From: Armatimonadota bacterium
Lineage (GTDB): Bacteria > Armatimonadota > UBA5829 > DSUL01
Direction of reading: 5' to 3'
Length of the DNA stretch: 64,000 nucleotides
NCBI GenBank assembly: GCA_039811685.1
Contig: JBDHZC010000009.1
Location: 64,001-128,000 of the forward strand
A program made the position numbers and the translations under genes. The notes under the pieces are model-generated. The model had not been told where the DNA came from. It saw only the letters and a list, made by a program, of their open reading frames with translations, and searched no databases. Below, piece after piece: positions 47,328-57,706 of the stretch (position 1 is its first letter; every line of letters begins with the position of its first letter).

Positions 47328-50300
47328 TTACACGTCCTTTAGAATGGTGGAGGTGATGAAGATCATCAGCTCCCGCTTGCTGGAGCTCTTGTCGCGATGG
47401 CGGAAGAGCTGTCCCAGGAACGGCAGATCGCTCAGATACGGGATCTTTGTCAGCGTGTTGCTTTCGGTCTGGCTGATAAGCCCGCCGATGACAATGGTCT
47501 GCCCGCTCTTGACGCGGATTGTCGAGTCCGCATAGCGGGTCGCCACCTGTGGCAGAGTGATGCCGGTTCGCGGGTCGGTGATGAAGGTGGGCGTGCTGGC
47601 CTCCGGATGGATGCGCATGGTCACGCGGTCACCGGCCACGTCAATCAGCGGCATGCACTGCAGATCGACACCAGCGCTGACGTTGCCCGTGGTCACCGTC
47701 GTTCCGTTGGAGTTGGCCTGGATGCTTTCAATGTAGCGAATCACGTCGCCGATGAAGATTCGGGCCTGCTGTCCGTCCAGCACGGATATCTTCGGGCTGG
47801 CCAGAATGTTGCCGTTCACGTTGACGACTTTTCCGTCAATGGTCGCGGTCAGACGGGTGGGCAGCATGCTAAGGTTCGGATTGACCTGCTCCGGCTGGCT
47901 GAGTGAGTCCAGATTCCCGACGTTGTTCACAACGCCGACCGTGTAGCCGTTGCCGTTCCAGTCGTAGGTGATGCCGAGCTTCTTGCTGTCGCTGGCGTCC
48001 ACGTCCACGACCTTGGCTTCTATCAGCACCTGCGGAAGAGGCGTGTCAATCTTGTCCAGAATCGAAAGCGCTCGCTTGACCAGCGCTGTCGGTCCTGCAA
48101 GCACGATGGTGCGCGCTCCGTCACCGCTGCTTGCGTTGCTGTCCTGCGCGGAGCCACCAGCCGCAGGTGGGGCTGATCCCATGTCGCTGGCGCCTGCGGG
48201 CGCTCCTGCGCCTCCGCCCATTCCGCCTGTCGTGCTGCCGGTGCTTCCGGAGCCGGGCGTCGTCAGGCCGGCCGGGGCCGCTCCCGGGGCGCTCTGGACG
48301 CCAGGGACGAGCTTGTCAAGCACCTTCAACAGGTCCTTGGCCTTGCTGTAGCGGATGCTGTAAACCTCGACAGTCGGGTCGTTGACAGACGGGTCTATCA
48401 CGGCATCCATGCGGTTTATCATTCCGGCGGCTTCAGCAATCTGATTGGCCGGACCGGTCACGATCAGCGTTCTGCCGTTTCCATCCCCGGCGGGAATTGT
48501 CGAGGAGAGACTCGGGAACTGAGAGCTGACCAGCTTGAGCATTTCAGAGGAAGTCGCGTTGTTGAACGCGATAACCTGGGTTGTCGGCAGGTTTGAGCCG
48601 CCGGTTGAATCAAAGGCCGCCATGGATTTGTCAGAGGCGACGTAATAGGTGTTTCCCTCACGCAGCCAGCTATAGCCGGACAGCTTTGTGATGGAGTTCA
48701 GAGCGCTTTCGAAGTCCACGTTCTGCAGTGAGACAGTCACGTCTCCCTTGACGTCAGTCGCGGTCACAATGTTGGATCCAGACTGCATCGTCAAGGCTTT
48801 GAGTACGTCGTTGATGTCGGTGCCCACGAAGTTGAGACTGACCAGTTCTCTGGGTCTCGCTTCCGCCATTGCTGCGGAGTCGGCCGACGCCATTCGTGTC
48901 TTAGCAGAGGCGTACTGTCCGGCGCGAACAGGTCGCTGGGCAGCAGGCGCAGGTGACGCCGCATGCTCTGCGGCTGGCTCTGCGGCTGGCTCTGCGGCTT
49001 TGGCGACAGGCTGGCCAGTGGTGGACGGTTGTTCAGGAGCGTCCTTGACAACCACACTCTTTGCCTCACCCGTAGCGGGGTCTGTCGCTTTCAGTTCGGC
49101 GGACGGCGGCAGTACATCGCCAGGCTTGAGCTGAGAGGCGTCAATTTCCTCTTTGACACCGGCAACCTTCGTCTCAATGGCCACGGGCGTCTTGTGGGCG
49201 ACTGCGGCGACCACAACCGGTCTGGCCGGCTCAGACAGGGCGAACTCATTGTCCTGAGAAATCTGAGCGGTCTGGACAGTTCCGGGCGCAAAGTGGACGG
49301 CGGGCGCTACGGAGAAAAGACGCGGCGCATCCAACGTCCCCATAGCCGGTTCGACAAGGGCCGTTATCTGTCGGTCGGACGGCCGCGCCAGCGCCATTTC
49401 GGTCACCGGAACAGGCTGAGGGATAATTTTGCCAGTCTGGAAGTTTGTCGCAGGCGCGACGCCCTGGGGGTCCACTACACCCATGGCGGTCTCGGACTGC
49501 GTCTGGGCAATGAACTCTTCAGGCACATGCGCGGCGACCATTTCGTCCGGCCGGCTGGCAGGTTTGTTCGTACCGGCAGCTACTGCCGCCTGCCGGGCCG
49601 CTTCGCTCTTCCACACTGTAAGAATGACGGAGTTGTTTCCGGTCGTGTCCAGATCGTAGGGCACCTTTTTGGTGACGCTGACGACGACACGGCTCATTGC
49701 CGGGCGGCTCTGGAAGAGTCCGGCGTCCACGTGAACGACGTTCTCATTCAGAATGCCCTGCCACACAGGTTTGGTCTTGTAGTCAGCCATAATGCCAAGG
49801 CTGATGACGCGGCCGTTGAGTCCGCGGTTGCACCATGCGCCGACTTTGCCGTCGGTAATGGCTCGAATCTCAACGCGATCCGGCTTGTCGAAGACCTGCA
49901 TGCCTGTGATCTGCGTTCCCTTTTTGGTCTCAGCAGTCTGAGCTGAGACAGGCTGCGCAGGCGTCTCAACGCGAGAGATAGACGGCATCTGTGGCAGGCT
50001 GGCATTCAGGCTGCCCGGCTTGCCTTTCCACAGCACCCATCTCAGCTGTCCCGGTTCGGACTTTGAGAGGCTGTAGGCGATCTTTCTGCCTGTGGCCACG
50101 GAAACTCTTGAAAGCCCCGGGCCGTTGCCGCTGACGCGGATGTGGCGCACGGCGTCGTTTCGCAGTCCGGTGTCAACGGGGCGCGCGGCGTACTTCGCGC
50201 CAATGTTGAGCACAATCCACTTGCCAGCAGGTGACTGCTGAACGGATGTCCTGGCGCTGCCGCTGACGCTTGTGGTAACTTCCACGCGGTCAGACAGATC

Positions 50301-50405
50301 GCTGACCTTGACGCTGGTTACAGTCGCCGCGGCGGCCAATGTCACGGAGGCGGATAGAGCCGCTCCCATCAGACTCAACATAATTGCCAGCAGTTTTGCT
50401 CGCAT
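47328..50405 (-). CDS. pilQ: Secretin PilQ with AMIN-like N-terminal domains
   Basis: Signal peptide, VSLNF, PQVLIEAKVV and KIPYLSDLPFLGQLFR; alternative start 50444. Confidence 0.88.
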   Translation of the reverse strand: MRAKLLAIMLSLMGAALSASVTLAAAATVTSVKVSDLSDRVEVTTSVSGSARTSVQQSPAGKWIVLNIGAKYAARPVDTGLRNDAVRHIRVSGNGPGLSRVSVATGRKIAYSLSKSEPGQLRWVLWKGKPGSLNASLPQMPSISRVETPAQPVSAQTAETKKGTQITGMQVFDKPDRVEIRAITDGKVGAWCNRGLNGRVISLGIMADYKTKPVWQGILNENVVHVDAGLFQSRPAMSRVVVSVTKKVPYDLDTTGNNSVILTVWKSEAARQAAVAAGTNKPASRPDEMVAAHVPEEFIAQTQSETAMGVVDPQGVAPATNFQTGKIIPQPVPVTEMALARPSDRQITALVEPAMGTLDAPRLFSVAPAVHFAPGTVQTAQISQDNEFALSEPARPVVVAAVAHKTPVAIETKVAGVKEEIDASQLKPGDVLPPSAELKATDPATGEAKSVVVKDAPEQPSTTGQPVAKAAEPAAEPAAEHAASPAPAAQRPVRAGQYASAKTRMASADSAAMAEARPRELVSLNFVGTDINDVLKALTMQSGSNIVTATDVKGDVTVSLQNVDFESALNSITKLSGYSWLREGNTYYVASDKSMAAFDSTGGSNLPTTQVIAFNNATSSEMLKLVSSQFPSLSSTIPAGDGNGRTLIVTGPANQIAEAAGMINRMDAVIDPSVNDPTVEVYSIRYSKAKDLLKVLDKLVPGVQSAPGAAPAGLTTPGSGSTGSTTGGMGGGAGAPAGASDMGSAPPAAGGSAQDSNASSGDGARTIVLAGPTALVKRALSILDKIDTPLPQVLIEAKVVDVDASDSKKLGITYDWNGNGYTVGVVNNVGNLDSLSQPEQVNPNLSMLPTRLTATIDGKVVNVNGNILASPKISVLDGQQARIFIGDVIRYIESIQANSNGTTVTTGNVSAGVDLQCMPLIDVAGDRVTMRIHPEASTPTFITDPRTGITLPQVATRYADSTIRVKSGQTIVIGGLISQTESNTLTKIPYLSDLPFLGQLFRHRDKSSSKRELMIFITSTILKDV

Positions 50406-50487
50406 AGTGATGCTCCCTGCAAATGCTCCTCTGGATTGAGACATATGATTTCCCCACCCGGCATGGCAGACGGGGACGCTCGCCCGT

Positions 50488-51210
50488 TTAGCGAGGCCGA
50501 TCAGACGCCTTCGCATCTTGCGCTCCTCCTAATTTCAGAAAGACCCTCTGGTCTTTGTTTTTCAGGACCACCCCGCCGGGGGAGATCATGCTTACAACAT
50601 AGCCATTGCCAACGCTCTGGCCCTGGCGGACGAAGTAACGGCTTCCGCCCTCGCCACGGATGATGGCGATATCTTCCTTGCCTCTGACCACGCCTGTCGC
50701 CGTATAAGGCGATTGCTGCTCAGACGGGGACATCCCACCGGAGACGCTGGAGCCAGACGGCCCCTGCACCTGCAGATCCGGGAGTCCCTTAAACTGATAG
50801 GGCGCCAGGGAACCTGGCTGTGGGAAGCGCAGTTTTGACCCATTTGCGGCCTTGGACGTCCGCGAGCGCTTCGCTGGTTCGGGCGGCGCGGAGGGTGGGG
50901 CCTTTATGAACCCGCCATGCGCTTCGCCGGGCATTGCTCCCTGCATTTGAGGAGCGAAAGGATCGCGCGGAGGGTTGCCCACAAAGTGGTACTGGGCGCC
51001 TTCGCCGTCGTCTGCCGGAGCCGCCATTGCCTGCTGGGGCTCAGAAGTCCCATCGGCGGTTTTTCCGGCGCCTGCTTCCTGCGTCTGCTGCGCCGGGGCC
51101 GCCGCCTGGCCGGAAGACAACGATTTCTTCACGGAATACAGCACGGCCAGCAGCAGCACCGCGGACAGCGCGATCAATACTGGAACCTGGTTTTTCTTCT
51201 CAGATGGCAT
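50488..51210 (-). CDS. PilP-like protein
   Basis: RDPF motif, C-terminal beta domain (YFVRQGQSV), located between pilO and pilQ. Confidence 0.6.
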   Translation of the reverse strand: MPSEKKNQVPVLIALSAVLLLAVLYSVKKSLSSGQAAAPAQQTQEAGAGKTADGTSEPQQAMAAPADDGEGAQYHFVGNPPRDPFAPQMQGAMPGEAHGGFIKAPPSAPPEPAKRSRTSKAANGSKLRFPQPGSLAPYQFKGLPDLQVQGPSGSSVSGGMSPSEQQSPYTATGVVRGKEDIAIIRGEGGSRYFVRQGQSVGNGYVVSMISPGGVVLKNKDQRVFLKLGGAQDAKASDRPR

Positions 51211-51313
51211 TGTTCAGTAGCTCTCAATGTCAGACCGCACCCCTGAGGGGGCGGCCATCAATGTCAGTCCAAGCCCGTAGTCAGAGCTCGGTGGCTAAAC
51301 CATGTTCGGTTGT

Positions 51314-52048
51314 TCACACGTCTGGCTGAAGGGCTATGCCGCTGCCAGCTGGTGTCTGGGCCGTCTTTTTGACATCCGGTTCCCCCTGCTGCGGATTCTT
51401 CGGAGCGTCCAGAACGAAGGCTGTCACGTTGATCTTGATGTCCAGCCGTCCCGTGGCGTCAATCCTGGAGCCTCCCCCGATAGGGCTCATTTCCACCGAG
51501 TTGACGGTCATAATCTTCGGAAATGTCGTCAGGCGGTAGAGAAAGCTCAGGGCGTTTGAGTAGCTGCCCTGAAAACTGATGTCGATGCGCTGCTCTTCGT
51601 AGGGAGGTTTGGCGGCCTTGGGTTTGGGCGTCTGCTCTTCTGCCTTGCTGTCGCTGTTGTTCTCGGCAGCGGGTTTGGACTGCTGCGGAGCTTCCACAGG
51701 CTGCACCACCGGGCGCACAGCCACCACCTTTAGATCAACAGAGCGTCCGAGCGCTTCGAGCTGTTTGAGTAGTGTGGGAACGTAGGCTCTGGTGGAGACA
51801 GACTTCTCCAGGTAGTGCAGCTCCTTCTGAGAGTTGAAGTAGCGTTCCTGGGCGAGGTCCACCTTTCCCGCGTTGGTTTCACACTCCTGAGCCTGCGCTT
51901 TGCGCTGTGTCAATTCGGCGTTAGCCGCGTTGATCCGGCTCATGCCAAAGAGCGCAACGCCGCACAGCGCCAGAAACGCAATGCCTGACGTGGCCGTCAG
52001 CAGCATCACAGAGTTGCGCGTGGGTTCAAGATTTAGTCTGGTTCGCAT
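51314..52048 (-). CDS. pilO: PilO
   Basis: TM helix plus coiled coil, GSYSNALSFLYRL; position. Confidence 0.75.
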   Translation of the reverse strand: MRTRLNLEPTRNSVMLLTATSGIAFLALCGVALFGMSRINAANAELTQRKAQAQECETNAGKVDLAQERYFNSQKELHYLEKSVSTRAYVPTLLKQLEALGRSVDLKVVAVRPVVQPVEAPQQSKPAAENNSDSKAEEQTPKPKAAKPPYEEQRIDISFQGSYSNALSFLYRLTTFPKIMTVNSVEMSPIGGGSRIDATGRLDIKINVTAFVLDAPKNPQQGEPDVKKTAQTPAGSGIALQPDV

Positions 52049-52688
52049 TTGCCTCTCCTTCCGCCGGGGCGTTGGCCTTCTGCGTGGCGGTATCCACAAA
52101 GATGGCCGGCAGATCCTTGATATTGGTGGCGACCTCAAACTCGACTGTCGGAGTTTCGCCAATCTTGCCTTCCTGCGTGTAGTGCAGCTCCACTTTGTCC
52201 AAAAGCGCGGAGTAGCGGTTCAGGCTGAGCATGGTTTCGCCGACCAGCTTTTGGCTGAGCGTGATCCCCTGCACATTCACTACGGCGTTAGGCGGGGGCG
52301 TGCCCGGCTGCTGGACCTGCTGGCCTGTTGCCGGAGAGATTCTCGTCAGCCAGGTGTTTTCAGGCAGACTGCGCGCAACCACCTGGAGGTAGGAGTACCA
52401 CCTCAGCGTATGCTCGCGTGACTCCCCGTAGAGGTTGATCTTCGGCTGCAGGGCCGCCGTCTGTTTGTCGAACTCCTCCACCTTGTCTATTCTGGGTTGG
52501 AGCTTCTGGATTTGAGAATCCAGCGACGTTATCTCCCCTCTAATCCGGAACCACTGGGCGGAGAGCATGAAAAACAGCAGCCCGGTGGCGACGACAAGGG
52601 TACTTGTCAGAAGAAAGAGCCTGCGGATTAGCCGTTCGAGCCTGGCTTTCTCCTGTCTTTTCTGTGCTATCAGGTTAATGTTGGGCAT
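52026..52688 (-). CDS. pilN: PilN
   Basis: INLI N-terminal motif, TM helix, LPENTWLT. Confidence 0.8.
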   Translation of the reverse strand: MPNINLIAQKRQEKARLERLIRRLFLLTSTLVVATGLLFFMLSAQWFRIRGEITSLDSQIQKLQPRIDKVEEFDKQTAALQPKINLYGESREHTLRWYSYLQVVARSLPENTWLTRISPATGQQVQQPGTPPPNAVVNVQGITLSQKLVGETMLSLNRYSALLDKVELHYTQEGKIGETPTVEFEVATNIKDLPAIFVDTATQKANAPAEGEANANQTKS

Positions 52689-52761
52689 AGTCTTAAGTTC
52701 CGCTTAGTCTGAGTCGCATAGCAGAGCGCGACCCGATGGCTTTGAGCCGGACTGTGGTCTG

Positions 52762-54528
52762 TCAGGCCGCCTTGTCGGTTGACTGACCGGGTACTGTCTC
52801 CTCTGGTGATCCTTCAGCAGAAGCGGCCGTCTGGTCGTCGGCGGCATGCTCGGCTGTTGCGCGCGTGACACGCTTGCGTTTCTTCGCAGGCGTTTCTTCC
52901 GAATCTGGCTGTGCGGCGGCTTCGGGCGCGCCGCTCGCTTTGAGCAGTTTGCTCTCCTCCCCGGGGGCAACCGGGTGAGAGTCGTGCAGCTTTTTCAGCG
53001 CCTGTGCCAGCGCGTCTTCGGCTTCGGGTTTGCGCTGCGCTGTTTGAGCCTCAGGAGCCGGCCTGACAGCGGCTTCACCTGGGACTGGCCCCTGAGCCGC
53101 CTGCGGCGCTGGCGTCACCGGAGCGCCTGGAGCACCGCTGTGCGGTGGGGCGGACGGCTGAGCCTGCGCATGCGCGGCTGGCTGAGGCTGAGAAGGTTGT
53201 GCAGTTGGCTGTGGCGCAGGGGGTCGCGGTGTCTGCGGCGCCTGATGTTGCGCCGGACCCGGCGCTGCGGGTGATGAAATTGACGTTTGAGCCGCCGGAG
53301 GCGGTTGAATGTTCGGCGCGGGCTGACGCGGACCGTGGTAGCCTTCGGGCTGAGCTGCCGTTTGCTCAGTCTGATCCGGGGCTTGGGCAGCCTGCGGTTG
53401 CGCGGAGTGCGCTCTTGAAGGCGGCGCGGCGTCTTTCAGCGCCAGACCCGCAGCGATTCCAAAAAGCGGCCCATCGCTTTTGGCGTCTTCTTCTGTCAGA
53501 CTGCCGCGCTGAATGACGCCATCGCTCAGTAGGTTCAGAAGCCGCGCTCGCACGCCGAGCTTGGCCGAGATATAGTCCGCAAGTCCACTCATCCGCGAAG
53601 TCCCGCCAGTCAGCAGAAGCCGGCTGACCGTCTTTTGCTGCTGGTTATCCGGGAACTGAGACTGGAAGTAGTGGAGTGAGCGCCTGATCTCCCGGAGAAG
53701 CTCATCCAGCAGGGGCTGGATAGCGCGAGCGGCCTTTACGAGATTCTCATCCGGGGTTTCGGTGGATGCGGCAAGTTTCGGGCCGATATGCACGGCCTGC
53801 TTGAGCGCTTCCGCCTGCGCGTCCTCACAGTTGATAAGCGACTTGATGGCTTGGGTGAGGCTGTTTCCGGCAATCGGAATGTTGCGGGTAAGAGCGAAGC
53901 GCCCTTCAGAAACTATGTTGAGATCCGTGTGCCCTGCGCCCATATCCAGCAGGGCCACTGTATCCTGCGCGATGCTCGGGTCCTGCGAATGCTCAACAAG
54001 TGAACGGATCAGGGAGAAGGCCTCGACGTCCACAACAAGCGGCTCCAGCCCCACCCTTTCAATAACCGCGACACGGGACTCAATCAAATCCCGCGGAGCC
54101 GCCACGAGCATGACCTGCATCTGCCCGTCGGCGGTCTCGTGGTCGATAATTTCAAACTCTACAATGCTGTCTTCGACGTTGGCGGAGATGTACTTGGCCG
54201 CTTCAAAGCGGATAGACTTGCGCAGGACGGCTTCCGACATCTTTGGAAGCTGAACCTGTCGCACCAGTACCTGCGACCCGGAGACTGCCGCCAGAGCGCC
54301 GCTCGCGTGGATATCCGCCCCGCGCAGCGCGTCCTTGACAGCCGTGGCCACCGCGTCGATATCCGTCACCATACCGTCGTGACACGTGCCGGGAGGCGTC
54401 GGATGCACGACAGCTCGCGATACACGCCAGCTTCCGCCGGAGGCTTCGATCTGCATGATTTTGATCAGGACGCTCCCGATGTCTATGCTAATCGTCCGGT
54501 CTTTACCAAACAGGTGGGAAAGTGCCAC
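52762..54528 (-). CDS. pilM: PilM with long Pro/Ala/Gln-rich C-terminal tail
   Basis: IDIGS, LDMGAGHT, LTGGTS and AAGLAL. Confidence 0.88.
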   Translation of the reverse strand: MALSHLFGKDRTISIDIGSVLIKIMQIEASGGSWRVSRAVVHPTPPGTCHDGMVTDIDAVATAVKDALRGADIHASGALAAVSGSQVLVRQVQLPKMSEAVLRKSIRFEAAKYISANVEDSIVEFEIIDHETADGQMQVMLVAAPRDLIESRVAVIERVGLEPLVVDVEAFSLIRSLVEHSQDPSIAQDTVALLDMGAGHTDLNIVSEGRFALTRNIPIAGNSLTQAIKSLINCEDAQAEALKQAVHIGPKLAASTETPDENLVKAARAIQPLLDELLREIRRSLHYFQSQFPDNQQQKTVSRLLLTGGTSRMSGLADYISAKLGVRARLLNLLSDGVIQRGSLTEEDAKSDGPLFGIAAGLALKDAAPPSRAHSAQPQAAQAPDQTEQTAAQPEGYHGPRQPAPNIQPPPAAQTSISSPAAPGPAQHQAPQTPRPPAPQPTAQPSQPQPAAHAQAQPSAPPHSGAPGAPVTPAPQAAQGPVPGEAAVRPAPEAQTAQRKPEAEDALAQALKKLHDSHPVAPGEESKLLKASGAPEAAAQPDSEETPAKKRKRVTRATAEHAADDQTAASAEGSPEETVPGQSTDKAA

Positions 54529-54794
54529 TCGTAATCTCCTTCTGACGGCTGGACGGACAATTCCCCTACCGCACGGGGGTTGATTGTGTCCCTGTACAAA
54601 TGAGCTTCCGAAGCGCCACCGTCAGAAGGCTCACAGCCGTCACTGTCTGTACCAGTCGCAGATGTCGAGTGCGCCTCGAACCGTGTATGGCAGGCTGTCC
54701 TGCCTGCTGGCGCAGCGACTCCGCAATAAGAGTATCGGCAGGCGCGGGAGATTCTGGAGAGTTGCGTTTGCAGAAAAGGGGCGAGGAAAGCGGA

Positions 54795-55394
54795 TTAGCC
54801 GGCGGCTTGCTGGAGAAGTTTGCCTATCACCGCGCGCATCGCCTTGCCGCGGTGGCTGAGGCTGTTCTTGACCTCCTGCGGGACTTCGGCGAGCGTCTTG
54901 CCAAGTGAGGGAATGAAAAAGATCGGATCGTAGCCGAATCCTCCTGTGCCCGACGGCCGCTGGGTGATAACACCTTCGCAGGTTTCGAATGCTTCCAGTG
55001 TCTTGCCGTCCGGAAAGGCGATGCAGGCGGCGCAGGCAAAGCGCGCGGAGCGCTGATCTTCAGGAGTGCGCCCGAGCAGCCGCAAGAGCGCCTGATTGCG
55101 TTCTTCCGGTGTGCTGTGGTCGCCAATGAAACGGTTGGAGTGGATTCCCGGCGCTCCACCAAGCGCATCCACGCAGATGCCCGAGTCGTCTGCCAGACAG
55201 ATTTCCCCGGTTTTCCGGGCAGCGGCGCAGGCTTTGAGGCGGGCATTCTCGGTGAAGGTCTGTCCAGTCTCCTCCGGCAGCTCTGTGTCCGGATACTTAT
55301 CCAGACCCACAACGTCAACGGGAAAGCCGTGGAGAATGTTGCGGATTTCGTCAACCTTGTGCGGGTTTGACGTGGCGACGACCAGGCGCTTCAC
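54795..55394 (-). CDS. rdgB: dITP/XTP pyrophosphatase
   Basis: ATSNPHK, ADDSG, GFGYDP and SHRGKA. Confidence 0.93.
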   Translation of the reverse strand: MKRLVVATSNPHKVDEIRNILHGFPVDVVGLDKYPDTELPEETGQTFTENARLKACAAARKTGEICLADDSGICVDALGGAPGIHSNRFIGDHSTPEERNQALLRLLGRTPEDQRSARFACAACIAFPDGKTLEAFETCEGVITQRPSGTGGFGYDPIFFIPSLGKTLAEVPQEVKNSLSHRGKAMRAVIGKLLQQAAG

Positions 55395-56113
55395 TGTCCG
55401 TTCAGCGCCGCTTTCTGAATCTGCATCAACTGACGTATTCCGCGCTCTCCCAGATCCAGCAGCTTGTTCAGGCGGTCCCGTCCGAACGGCGTGGCTTCGG
55501 CTGTGCCCTGAATTTCCACGAACTTGCCCTCGCCAGTCATGACCAGGTTCATATCCACCTGCGCCACGCTGTCTTCTTCGTAGCACAGATCCAGAAGCTC
55601 CGCCCCGGAGACAATGCCTACGCTTACAGCGGCCAGTGACGTGGAAACAGGTTTGCGGCTGATCAGCTTCTGTTTCGTCAGATAGTCGAAGGCATCCACC
55701 AGCGCGACGTACGCCCCGGTAATGGAAGCAGTGCGCGTTCCGCCGTCCGCCTGAATGACGTCACAGTCCAGCCAGATGGTGCGCTCGCCCATCGCGTCCA
55801 GATCAACTACAGAGCGCATTGACCGTCCCACAAGACGCTGAATCTCCAGCGTGCGCCCGCCCTGCTGCCCGCGTCCTGCCTCCCGCTGGTTGCGCTCCTT
55901 GCACGAGCGCGGGATCATTCCATATTCCGCCGTCACCCAGCCGCCGCCTGAGCCTTTGCGAAACAGCGGGACTTTCTCTTCAACGGAAGCGGTGCAGATG
56001 ACGCGCGTGTCTCCCATCTCGATGAGGCAGGAGCCTTCGGCGTACTTGATGTAGTTGCGGGTTATTTTGCAGGGGCGAAGTTCGTCAACGCTGCGCCCGT
56101 CAATTCTTGGCAT
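55391..56113 (-). CDS. rph: Ribonuclease PH
   Basis: [25 protein letters not shown] and EIQGTAE. Confidence 0.95.
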   Translation of the reverse strand: MPRIDGRSVDELRPCKITRNYIKYAEGSCLIEMGDTRVICTASVEEKVPLFRKGSGGGWVTAEYGMIPRSCKERNQREAGRGQQGGRTLEIQRLVGRSMRSVVDLDAMGERTIWLDCDVIQADGGTRTASITGAYVALVDAFDYLTKQKLISRKPVSTSLAAVSVGIVSGAELLDLCYEEDSVAQVDMNLVMTGEGKFVEIQGTAEATPFGRDRLNKLLDLGERGIRQLMQIQKAALNGQ

Positions 56114-56282
56114 GGGTGTAAAAGGGTAGCCGGTTCAGCCTGAAGATGCACCCAGGCTGGAAAGTCCAGCGCTTGTCTTCAGAAGCTGCGCGCGGTGTGT
56201 GTGTTTGTCCGGTCCAGTTTATCGCCGTCCGACCGTCTGTCGCCGTCCGGCAATCCACTGCCGGGCAGCAATACCGTATAAC

Positions 56283-57119
56283 TCAAAGCGCGGCGAGTTG
56301 GCTACCCCGCGCGGGGCTCAGCTTGAGGTCACCCGGCGCCCAGGGCACAATCTCCAGCTCCGGCAGCGCCTGGCCAAGGAAGCGCGATCCCACCGGCCGG
56401 AAAGTCTCCGAAGGGGCAGAGAGGACAAAGCGGCTCGGGGAGCGCTCGTCAATCTGGTCGCCAGTTTGCGCCAGAATCTCCCGCACAGCCTCTTCGGCCG
56501 GGTCAACAAAGGCCGTGTCAGGCGGGCAGAGCTCGCGCATACAGGGCACAAGAAACGGGTAGTGCGTACAGCCGAGCACGAACACTTTCGCTCCTGCGTC
56601 CAGGCCGGGCTGAAGGCACTCTTTTACTGCGTCTTCCACCCGGGGGCCGGTGAGTTGCCCACTCTCGATAAGCGGCACGAACTGTGGACAGCCAGTCTGA
56701 ATCACCTGCACTGAAGGAGCCTCCGCCGCGATTGCCCGCAGATAGCCACCACTGGCGACCGTGCCAGCCGTAGCCAGAACCGCAATTTTGTGCTGAGACA
56801 GGCGCGCTGCCGCCCTTGCTCCGGCCTGAATGACGCCGATTACGGGAATGTCCGGATGAATCCGGCGAGCGTCATCGAGCGCAACGGCGCTGGACATGTT
56901 GCAGGCCATCAAAATAGCCCCGGCGCCCTCTGCCAAAAGGTAGTCTATGATGCCAAGCGCAAAGCCGCGCACTTGCTCGCCCGGGCGGTCCCCGTACGGC
57001 ACATGCGCTGTGTCCGCGAAATAGATGATGCTGGCGTCTGGATTGACGCTGAACAGCGCGCGGACAACGGACAGGCCACCGAGTCCCGAATCAAAGACGC
57101 CAATCTTCACACCGCTCAT
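56283..57119 (-). CDS. murI: Glutamate racemase
   Basis: FDSGLGGLSV, PYG, ACN and LGCTHYP. Confidence 0.93.
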   Translation of the reverse strand: MSGVKIGVFDSGLGGLSVVRALFSVNPDASIIYFADTAHVPYGDRPGEQVRGFALGIIDYLLAEGAGAILMACNMSSAVALDDARRIHPDIPVIGVIQAGARAAARLSQHKIAVLATAGTVASGGYLRAIAAEAPSVQVIQTGCPQFVPLIESGQLTGPRVEDAVKECLQPGLDAGAKVFVLGCTHYPFLVPCMRELCPPDTAFVDPAEEAVREILAQTGDQIDERSPSRFVLSAPSETFRPVGSRFLGQALPELEIVPWAPGDLKLSPARGSQLAAL

Positions 57120-57697
57120 TTGGGAATGACCACCATCGTCCTGTCTGGAATCTGGGGGATTGTGAGGTCTGCCGCGCCTCCCAGAGTCTCCATCTCTCCG
57201 CTGTCTGAGACTATCCTGACAGATTTTGTCCCCGGATAGCTTTCGGCCAGAGTCAGGACCAGCGCGTTCACCGCCGCCGCTTCTTCTGAGGTGCCGCCTG
57301 TAAAGTTGCGAATCTGGTCTGTGAGCACCAGCGTCAGATGTCCTTTGCCATCGTCCTTGACGCTGGAAACGTGCGTGCCCTCCGGGTAGAAGCGCTTGCC
57401 GCCAGCCTGCGCTTCCAGCACCTTGTTGACAGGCTCGTATTTGGGCGCGTCTTCCGGCAGTGTCACCTTTTCGGCGCTGACCTTCTGCTCTCCGTTAACG
57501 ACTGAGGGGAGATAAATTACGCTCGTGCGCTCTACAGGGGCAGCAGGCGGCGCTGGTGGTTTGGGTCTGGGAGCGGCAGGGGCGCTTGGCGGAGGTTGCG
57601 GCGGCTGATGCGTGCATCCTGCCCCGAAGAGAGTTGAGAGCCCCAGACAGACTGCCGCGATAAACGGAATCTTCACTTTCAATAGTCGCTCACGCAC
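57116..57697 (-). CDS. GerMN domain lipoprotein
   Basis: Lipobox GAGC, PEGT and GGTSEEAAAVNALVLTL. Confidence 0.75.
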   Translation of the reverse strand: MRERLLKVKIPFIAAVCLGLSTLFGAGCTHQPPQPPPSAPAAPRPKPPAPPAAPVERTSVIYLPSVVNGEQKVSAEKVTLPEDAPKYEPVNKVLEAQAGGKRFYPEGTHVSSVKDDGKGHLTLVLTDQIRNFTGGTSEEAAAVNALVLTLAESYPGTKSVRIVSDSGEMETLGGAADLTIPQIPDRTMVVIPK

Positions 57698-57706
57698 TCA
57701 GAGATG

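Noticed and set aside
48964..48998. 12-bp repeat in pilQ
   Set aside because: Ordinary low-complexity AEPA linker
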